A DNA stretch of 15,173 bases from contig JARLHS010000111.1 in the NCBI GenBank assembly GCA_031292115.1, positions 1-15,173 of the forward strand, given 5' to 3'. Made by a program: the position numbers and the translations under genes. Positions within the stretch are counted from its first letter, which is position 1. Each line of letters opens with the position of its first letter. The notes under the pieces were generated by a model. It did no database searches. It was given only the letters and a program-made list of their open reading frames with translations, and had not been told where the DNA came from. Source of the stretch: Clostridia bacterium. GTDB lineage: Bacteria; Bacillota; Clostridia; Oscillospirales; Ethanoligenentaceae. This document shows positions 7,937 through 13,455 of this stretch, one piece after another.

Positions 7937-8091
7937 ATGTCGGGAAAACACGCGATAGAAGAAAATAATATACCCGGCGGAAGGGCTCGCCTGCACGCCG
8001 GGCACACACAAATGAAAAATCCGTATCTATTCAGGGCCGGCTATGCGGCCTGAGACCGAAACGAAAATTTTTATGGGGATATTTCATATGA

Positions 8092-8120
8092 TTGTTTTAT
8101 TTAAAAATTAGTGATATAAC
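8092..8120 (+). promoter_or_regulatory. sigma-A-like promoter (TTGTTT-N17-TATAAC) upstream of the 39-aa micro-ORF
   Basis: TTGTTT at 8092-8097, 17-nt AT-rich spacer, TATAAC at 8115-8120. The predicted TSS is about 25 nt upstream of the ATG at 8153. Confidence 0.35.
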
Positions 8121-8152
8121 ATTAATTGAGTATGATATTAAAAGCGGATGTT

Positions 8153-8272
8153 ATGCGAAGAAAAGCGCGGATTATGATACCGATCCTCTTTGTTTTGATT
8201 GTTTTATCGTCCGGATTCACAATTTCCGCTGAAAGTTCCGGGAAGATCCTCACGGGGAATATAATATTTTGA
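8153..8272 (+). CDS. 39-aa micro-ORF with signal-peptide-like N-terminus (candidate secreted peptide precursor or small membrane toxin)
   Basis: Translation is MRRKARIMIPILFVLIVLSSGFTISAESSGKILTGNIIF. It has a basic n-region, a hydrophobic h-region and an ISA|E-like cleavage context, leaving a 12-aa C-terminal tail. aaaagcgg SD-like motifs precede both the first ATG and the internal ATG at 8174. It is not in the ORF track because it is under 60 aa. Confidence 0.3.
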   Translation: MRRKARIMIPILFVLIVLSSGFTISAESSGKILTGNIIF

Positions 8273-8680
8273 TTTGAGAAATAAAACAAAATATACCGCG
8301 CACGAAATGGGGAATTATTCGGTGATCTTACCCCGGAATAATCCGGGAAAATTCAAAGCATGGAATAATAATAATAATATTTTCGGGATTTTGCGCGATC
8401 ATTCCACCACAATAAGCTGCACCGGCGGCCTGAGCTTTGAGATTTTTCGGGGCTGAATGAATACGGGAAAACAAAACGACAGACGGCATTGCGAGCACGT
8501 TCCCACTCCATTATCGCGGGGTTTTTTCGTGATGCCACGGCCGAAACGATTATTGAAAGCGGCATGTACACTTAAAAAGCGATCTGTTTTCGGAATTATT
8601 TGTTTATCGTATTTACTTTTATTGAAGAATAGTTTAAACTAATATCAAAATATTCCCAAATATATGAAGGAGTGATTGTA

Positions 8681-8920
8681 ATGGCCCGCAGAGCGAAAAC
8701 AGTTGAATCGAGAATATCCGAAATTGAAGCTCAGAAAGCTCAATTTCAATCGAAGATTGACAACTATAAAGCAAAAATTGCCAATCTCGATGCTAAAGCA
8801 TTAGAGCTCATTGAAGCCCAAAAACAAAAGGAACTTGAAAATCTTCTTGAGGTGATCAAAGCCTCCGGTAAAACACCCGAGGAGGTCATTGCCGCACTGA
8901 ATAGTGACAGACCCAATTAA
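8681..8920 (+). CDS. 79-aa coiled-coil protein, DUF4315-like (a family typically carried on Firmicutes conjugative elements)
   Basis: GGAG at 8669-8672, ATG at 8681. MARRAKTVESRISEIEAQKAQFQSKIDNYKAKIANLDAKALELIEAQKQKELENLLEVIKASGKTPEEVIAAL has heptad periodicity and an ENL.EV...TPEE..AAL C-terminus. These resemble my recollection of DUF4315 proteins. The gene is AT-rich relative to the left half of the window. Confidence 0.55.
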   Translation: MARRAKTVESRISEIEAQKAQFQSKIDNYKAKIANLDAKALELIEAQKQKELENLLEVIKASGKTPEEVIAALNSDRPN

Positions 8921-8949
8921 AGATAACGGTTTAATGAGAAGCCTGTATT

Positions 8950-8998
8950 ACAAATTCCAATACGATTTGTTTGGAATCAAATTGGAATTGGTATGACC
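8950..8998 (+). promoter_or_regulatory. cluster of AATTCCAA / TTGGAAT(T) half-sites (operator-like) upstream of the dehydratase operon
   Basis: aaattccaat (8952-8961), ttggaat (8972-8978) and aattggaattgg (8986-8997) are arranged as inverted and direct repeats. They are flanked by the long-range inverted repeat gagaagcc (8936-8943) / ggcttctc (9003-9010), and sit just 5' of the RBS AAAGGAGGGG at 9025-9035. Confidence 0.3.
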
Positions 8999-9041
8999 CG
9001 GGCTTCTCTCTGTCTTGAGAGAAATAAAAGGAGGGGTTGCA

Positions 9042-10163
9042 TTGAAAATCACCGACGTCAAAACCTATATCGTCCATGCGGACAAGGACAACTGGGTCTA
9101 TACCAAGGTATTCACGGACGAGGGCATAACGGGGCTTGGCGAAAGCTCTGTCGAGGGCAAGGAGCTGACCGTCAGGGAAGCGGTTTCGGAGCTCAAGCGT
9201 TATCTGATCGGGAAAGACCCTTTTCAGATCGAGAAGCACGCCTATGTCATGAACCGCGACGGGTATTGGGGAAGCGGCGCAATTCTTTCGGGGGCAATCA
9301 GCGCGATAGACGGGGCGCTTTGGGATATCAAGGGGAAAGCGCTGAACGTGCCGGTGTATGAGCTACTGGGCGGGAAATTCAGAGACCGGATAAGGGTCTA
9401 TGCAAACCGATGGTTTTTTGGCGCGGACACGCCCTGCGAGCTTGCAAAAAAGGCGGCTGCGACTGTCGAGAAAGGCTATACCGCGCTCAAATGGGATCCG
9501 TTCGAGAAGGCGGAATGCACCATTTCAAACGATGTACTCAAAAGAGCGCTGCAAAGCATCCGTGCGGTGAGGGACGCCGTCGGCGATGAAGTCGATATCC
9601 TCATAGAGGGGCACGGAAGATTCAACATCTCAACGGCAATCCGCGTTTCAAGAGAGATGGAAGAATACAGGCCCATGTTTTTTGAAGAGCCGGTCATGCC
9701 GGATAACATCGAGGCGTTGGCCGAGGTGCGGTCAAAAACGAATATTCCGATTGCAGCGGGAGAAAGATTTTATACAAAAAGCGATTTCAAGATTGCGCTT
9801 GACAAGAAGGCGATCGACTTCGCGCAGCCGGATCTGCGCGAGACGGGCGGCATTACGGAAGCCAAAAAGATCGCCGCTCTCTGCGAAAGCTGCTTTGTGC
9901 CGGTCGCTCCGCACAACATTCACGGCATAGTGGGCACAGCCATGTCGCTCCAGCTCGTGGCGGCGATACCAAACGCGGTCATACTCGAGCACAGTGTGGA
10001 GGAAATCGAGTGGAAAGAAAAGCTGTTCGACCATTCCATCCGGCCTGTGAACGGATACATAACCATACCGGGCAGACCCGGGCTCGGCCTTGAGCTGGAC
10101 GAAACTATCGCGCAGAAATACCCCTTTAAACCGATGTCCATGATCGAGCTGATGTTTGATTAA
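9042..10163 (+). CDS. enolase-superfamily dehydratase (mandelate racemase/muconate lactonizing enzyme family; D-galactonate/D-mannonate dehydratase-like)
   Basis: TTG start at 9042 is 7 nt after GGAGGGG. The upstream ATG at 9015 used in the track would put the RBS inside the ORF. The product LKITDVKTYIVHADKDNWVYTKVFTDEGITGLGE has the capping-domain signature of the galactonate-dehydratase subgroup. Later KxK and D/E/D metal-ligand stretches (DILIEGHG, FFEEP, AQPDL) fit the MR/MLE barrel. Confidence 0.85.
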   Translation: MKITDVKTYIVHADKDNWVYTKVFTDEGITGLGESSVEGKELTVREAVSELKRYLIGKDPFQIEKHAYVMNRDGYWGSGAILSGAISAIDGALWDIKGKALNVPVYELLGGKFRDRIRVYANRWFFGADTPCELAKKAAATVEKGYTALKWDPFEKAECTISNDVLKRALQSIRAVRDAVGDEVDILIEGHGRFNISTAIRVSREMEEYRPMFFEEPVMPDNIEALAEVRSKTNIPIAAGERFYTKSDFKIALDKKAIDFAQPDLRETGGITEAKKIAALCESCFVPVAPHNIHGIVGTAMSLQLVAAIPNAVILEHSVEEIEWKEKLFDHSIRPVNGYITIPGRPGLGLELDETIAQKYPFKPMSMIELMFD

Positions 10164-10202
10164 AGCGCCGGCGACTGCAAAAAAGATTAAACGCAAAGAG
10201 AA

Positions 10203-11378
10203 GTGAATGAAATGCTCAGCGATACATACGGGCACAGCCCCATTCAAAAAATGTTCGATAACGCCGATGTCTACGGGGTGGCCTACGACGAGGAAAGAGC
10301 GTCGAGGCCTCTGATCAAGATCGGGATTATCGGTCTGGGCGGCGTTGCGCTCTCCAAGCATATACCGGCGATTGCAAGGCTGAGAGCCATATGGGAGCCG
10401 GTTAAGCTTGCGGCGGTATGCAACAGAAACAGAAGAACGGGCGAAAATGCAGCCGACACAAACGGCTGCAGGTGGTATGGCGATTATAAGGAAATGCTCG
10501 GGCGGGAAGAGCTCGACGGCGTTATTATCACGGGCCCGGATTCGCTCCACTATGAGCATGCCATGGCCTGCCTTGAAAGAGGCATTCATGTGCTCGTTGA
10601 GAAGCCGCTCAGCCGTTCGCTTGTAGAGTCTGAAGGGATGTGCAGATATGCCCAGGAAAAGGGGCTCATCCTGATGACGGTATCCAACAAGCGCTTCAGC
10701 CCGCCATATTTCAGGGCAAAAAAAAATATCGACAACGGAACGATTGCAAACCCCGCAATGTTCGTCGGGAAATTCAATCTGGGATATGACTATGTAGACA
10801 TTCTGGAGGGCGGGACCATCCATATCTTCGATATCATGCGTTATCTCATGGGGAACGTGAAAACAGTGAGCGCCGTCGGCACCCGCCAATATGATTTTAA
10901 CAAGACATACTATCCGTTTGATCATGCAATCAGCAGTTTTGAGTTTGGAAGCGGTGCGATCGGCTCGATCTATACTTCCTCAGCCGCTTTAAGCCTTAAA
11001 CCATGGGAGAGAGTCGAGGTCTATGGCGAGAAGTGCTGGCTTGCCGTGGAAGACCAGTTTAAACTGATCTTAAACGACAGTGAAGAGGGGCCGTCAAAGG
11101 TCTTTACCCCGGTTATCCCGAATACCCTGCTGTTCGATGAGGAATTCGGAGGCTTCATGGGGCTGATCGAGAACTTTATCCAAAGCATCAGAGGAGCGGA
11201 AACGCCCGCCGTGACCGGCTGGGACGGGCTCAAGGCTCTGGAGCTTGTTTGCGCGACGCATTTATCCATTAAAAACGGCGGGAAGATCCGTCTGCCGCTT
11301 GACTTCGCCCCCGCGGATAAAGAGGTGCGGGAATGGTTTGCGCATGCAGAAATCGATCAGGAAAAAATTGAATCGTAA
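10203..11378 (+). CDS. Gfo/Idh/MocA-family NAD(P)-dependent oxidoreductase
   Basis: N-terminal Rossmann motif IKIGIIGLGGVALSKHIPAI and the EKP motif (HVLVEKPLS) typical of Gfo/Idh/MocA. The start is a GTG at 10203 or an in-frame ATG at 10212, 40 nt after the dehydratase stop. Confidence 0.85.
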   Translation: MNEMLSDTYGHSPIQKMFDNADVYGVAYDEERASRPLIKIGIIGLGGVALSKHIPAIARLRAIWEPVKLAAVCNRNRRTGENAADTNGCRWYGDYKEMLGREELDGVIITGPDSLHYEHAMACLERGIHVLVEKPLSRSLVESEGMCRYAQEKGLILMTVSNKRFSPPYFRAKKNIDNGTIANPAMFVGKFNLGYDYVDILEGGTIHIFDIMRYLMGNVKTVSAVGTRQYDFNKTYYPFDHAISSFEFGSGAIGSIYTSSAALSLKPWERVEVYGEKCWLAVEDQFKLILNDSEEGPSKVFTPVIPNTLLFDEEFGGFMGLIENFIQSIRGAETPAVTGWDGLKALELVCATHLSIKNGGKIRLPLDFAPADKEVREWFAHAEIDQEKIES

Positions 11379-11518
11379 TACGCATCTATCATGAAAAAGT
11401 AATGCTCATTTTTTAAGCCCCGCCGGCGGTGGGGCGCAATAGCGCGGCGGATGTTACCCGCCGCATCCGAGGCCAGGCGGGATGTGCCCGCAATTTCACA
11501 AGACCGGAGTTGCATCAT

Positions 11519-12181
11519 ATGAAATATAGTTATTTATCATATCCCCTGAACGTCGCGGATCCGCACCCACCGGCAATACCGGCGGCTGAGCTCTATGACT
11601 ACATGACGGTGGACAAAGACGGCGCAAGCGTGCAGATCATCAAGACGGCAAACCATACCGGCACGCATCTTGACACATCCGCGCATGTGTTCAACGACGG
11701 CATCCCGATAACGGATTTTCTCCCGCAGGATCTGATCTTCACGGAGGTCGCTCTCGTTGATTTAAGGCTTTCCGATGAGGAAACGGTAATGCCTGAGCAG
11801 CTCGAGCCTTACAGGGAACAGCTTCAGAATTTTGAAATGGCGATATTCCGATTTGGCGTCGCCGAAATCCGCAAGAAGGAGCCCGAGCGGTTTTCGAACC
11901 GGCTGCCGGGGTTTGGGATGGAATCCGCCCAATGGCTGAGAGACAATTTATCAAATCTTCGCTGTATCGGGACAGACTTGCCGTCCATAGCCACCATCGC
12001 CCAGCTCGACATCACGATGCGGGCGCATAATATACTGCTTGCCGGGCGTGAAAAGAGGCTGATCATCGAAGAAATGAATGTGGCGGGCGATCTATCCGGG
12101 CTTTCCGAGGTCAGGATAAACCCCTGGATGGTCAAGGGCATGCTGAGCGGGCCATGCTCCATCATCGGCATCATAAAATGA
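11519..12181 (+). CDS. putative cyclase-family (kynurenine-formamidase-like, PF04199-type) metal-dependent hydrolase
   Basis: Start MKYSYLSYPL (ATG 11519, GGAG 9 nt upstream). The track's longer N-terminus is GC-rich leader. It contains HTGTHLDTSAH, matching the HxGTHxDxxxH metal-binding motif of the cyclase/arylformamidase family. Confidence 0.8.
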   Translation: MKYSYLSYPLNVADPHPPAIPAAELYDYMTVDKDGASVQIIKTANHTGTHLDTSAHVFNDGIPITDFLPQDLIFTEVALVDLRLSDEETVMPEQLEPYREQLQNFEMAIFRFGVAEIRKKEPERFSNRLPGFGMESAQWLRDNLSNLRCIGTDLPSIATIAQLDITMRAHNILLAGREKRLIIEEMNVAGDLSGLSEVRINPWMVKGMLSGPCSIIGIIK

Positions 12182-12236
12182 CACAGGGTGCCGAGAGCGA
12201 CCCGATCCGGTTTAAAATGTCTGCCCCGGGCTTTTG

Positions 12237-12455
12237 TTAAAGCTCAATATCATACATTTTCATATCCATCCGATCCCTCTTCCGGCGAACGGCCCCTTTT
12301 GTGACGTTATACAGCTCACCGATCATCGCGTCAGACTTTTTTTCGGTATGCCAAAGCCGGTATAACTCTTCATATGTGATCTTTTTAAAATCCAGCTCCT
12401 CACCTTTTACCCTTCTTGATTTTAACTGATCGTACAGTGATCGTTCACTGGGCAT
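12237..12455 (-). CDS. 72-aa HTH protein resembling sigma-70 region 4 / YlxM-like DNA-binding fold
   Basis: GGAGGTGG RBS 4 nt before the ATG (complement 12453-12455). MPSERSLYDQLKSRRVKGEELDFKKITYEELYRLWHTEKKSDAMIGELYNVTKGAVRRKRDRM: the segment SDAMIGELYNVTKGAVRRKRDR parallels the sigma-70 region-4 pattern (S..EIAE.LGVS.GTVKSR..RA). It is co-directional with, and 89 nt downstream of, the DUF1003 gene. Confidence 0.6.
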   Translation of the reverse strand: MPSERSLYDQLKSRRVKGEELDFKKITYEELYRLWHTEKKSDAMIGELYNVTKGAVRRKRDRMDMKMYDIEL

Positions 12456-12544
12456 GTTTCCACCTCCTGATCCTGTTTGAAAATTGAGAATCCTGCGGCA
12501 TTTTCGCAAGCCGCCGGGAGCGGTGATAAAAGCCGATTCTATCG

Positions 12545-13102
12545 CTATTTAACCGGAGATTCATAGGATCGCATGTCATCCTTCGGAAGGCTTTCTGATC
12601 TGATCTCCAAAAGGATCTGCTTGATCTCTTTGATTTCACCTTCAATTCTGTGAAGATGGCCCTGCATATCATCGATCTCCTGTTCTGCCTTGAAGTTGAT
12701 CGAAAAATCAATGATGGATTCCTGCTTTTCCCTGGCAGCCTGCCGATTCTGGCTCATCATGATGACAGGCGCCTGAAAAGCGGCAATGAAGGACAGCGAC
12801 AGGTTGAGCAAACCAAACGGATTCGGATCAAAATGCGGAAAAATGACGGGCAGCGTATTCCACACCAGCCACGCCAAAAGGAACACGGCAAAAATGATGA
12901 TAAACTTCCAACTGCCACCGAATGACGCGAAACTGTCGGCCAGATGCTCAGACCATTTTGTGCTTTTTTCATGCTCACCATCCAGGCGGGCAAGAATACT
13001 GGATTCATAGTTGTCGACCAGGCGGTCAATGCGGCTCAGCTCCTCGTGGTTGAGCTCTTTGCTGAACCCCTGAATTAAATTTTCTTCTGTTGTGTCGGGC
13101 AT
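12545..13102 (-). CDS. DUF1003-family membrane protein
   Basis: Start MPDTTEENL (ATG complement 13100-13102, AGGAGGAG RBS 5 nt upstream). FGGSWKFIIIFAVFLLAWLVWN...FDPNPFGLLNLSLSFIAAFQAPVIMMSQNRQAAREK matches the DUF1003 two-TM core (FG.SW.F, FDP.PF.LLNL.LS..AA.QAP.IMMSQNRQ), followed by a coiled-coil tail. Confidence 0.75.
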   Translation of the reverse strand: MPDTTEENLIQGFSKELNHEELSRIDRLVDNYESSILARLDGEHEKSTKWSEHLADSFASFGGSWKFIIIFAVFLLAWLVWNTLPVIFPHFDPNPFGLLNLSLSFIAAFQAPVIMMSQNRQAAREKQESIIDFSINFKAEQEIDDMQGHLHRIEGEIKEIKQILLEIRSESLPKDDMRSYESPVK

Positions 13103-13155
13103 ATCGACTCCTCCTGCTTTACGGCGTTGGCCTTCATCTGGTATTATACTATTAT

Positions 13156-13189
13156 GCAATAGACATACGCAATAGCGCATGTCTATTGC
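13156..13189 (-). promoter_or_regulatory. 11-bp perfect inverted repeat (gcaatagacat-N12-atgtctattgc) overlapping the predicted promoter of the DUF1003/HTH operon
   Basis: Arms are at 13156-13166 and 13179-13189. The spacer carries a third gcaatag copy (13169-13175). The minus-strand -10 TATAAT is the complement of 13143-13148, with a TTGCGT -35 18 nt upstream lying inside the repeat. Confidence 0.4.
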
Positions 13190-13207
13190 CTGCCGCAAAT
13201 CGGCAGG
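13189..13207. repeat. copy 1 of a 16-nt repeat cctgccgcaaatcggc forming a 7-bp hairpin (ctgccg caaat cggcagg)
   Basis: Exact 16-mer shared with 13335-13350. It is followed by tandem cttgatgc cttgatgc at about 13214-13229. Confidence 0.5.
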
Positions 13208-13334
13208 CGGCGGCTTGATGCCTTGATGCCTCAGGATGATTCGTGATATAATAATGCTGATCTCCGATTAAAAAAGCATGCTATGTTTTTGCGGGATTCG
13301 TATTAAACGGTTCTCCTGGCGGCTTACGCCGCCA

Positions 13335-13353
13335 CCTGCCGCAAATCGGCGGG
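13335..13353. repeat. copy 2 of the 16-nt repeat cctgccgcaaatcggc, preceded by perfect hairpin ggcggc ttac gccgcc (13319-13334)
   Basis: Direct repeat of 13189-13204, 146 bp downstream. The hairpin is imperfect at one position. Confidence 0.5.
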
Positions 13354-13355
13354 CA

Positions 13356-13385
13356 TTAAACCGCGGATTTAAATCCGCAGTTTAA
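13356..13385 (+). promoter_or_regulatory. 30-bp near-perfect palindrome (core gcggatttaaatccgc, 16 bp perfect) over the -35 region of the GGDEF gene promoter
   Basis: ttaaaccgcggatttaaatccgcagtttaa is centred at 13370/13371, about 27-32 bp upstream of the TATAAT at 13397-13402. The GGDEF gene start (TTG 13456) follows an AAGGAAGG RBS. Confidence 0.4.
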
Positions 13386-13396
13386 TGGGAGAATAG

Positions 13397-13402
13397 TATA
13401 AT
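13397..13402 (+). promoter_or_regulatory. -10 hexamer TATAAT (with upstream tag) for the GGDEF gene; no recognisable -35
   Basis: The sequence tagTATAAT lies about 55 nt upstream of the start codon. The -35 position is occupied by the palindrome. Confidence 0.3.
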
Positions 13403-13455
13403 ATCAATTAAGATTCTGCTAACTAGCTGCGAGGGCAAATAAGGAAGGTGAGCTT

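Noticed and set aside
8274-8642. ORFs 8274..8456 (+, 60 aa), 8353..8571 (-, 72 aa) and 8457..8642 (+, 61 aa) in the AT-rich spacer
   Set aside because: They have no RBS and odd composition (Asn runs, poly-Tyr). In AT-rich DNA stop codons are frequent, so short chance ORFs carry little weight. I kept only the 39-aa ORF, which has promoter, SD-like and signal-peptide features.
7861-8670. Possibility that the AT-rich spacer is a CRISPR array or contains a tRNA/tmRNA
   Set aside because: There are no regularly spaced direct repeats. There is no GTTCGAAT-type T-loop or acceptor-stem pairing. Only loose recurrences of ggggaat, which I judged insignificant.
7860-8930. Calling the AT-rich island a mobile element outright
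   Set aside because: There is no integrase, transposase or relaxase, and no terminal inverted or direct repeats flanking it in this window. Only composition and the DUF4315-like gene hint at a mobile origin, so it is reported as a hypothesis rather than a feature.
9732-10925. 397-aa minus-strand ORF spanning the dehydratase/oxidoreductase junction
   Set aside because: It overlaps two plus-strand genes with clear family signatures and proper RBSs. It crosses their intergenic gap, has no RBS, and its product has no recognisable domains.
11429-11518. N-terminal 30-aa extension of the cyclase-family ORF given in the track (start 11429)
   Set aside because: The extension is Arg/Ala-rich leader sequence. 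A GGAG RBS with proper spacing precedes the internal ATG at 11519, and the family's conserved region begins shortly after that Met.
12182-12236. Mini-hairpin gccccgggc followed by TTTTG between the cyclase gene and the small HTH gene
   Set aside because: The stem is too short (4 bp or fewer, with a loop under 3 nt) to be a credible intrinsic terminator.
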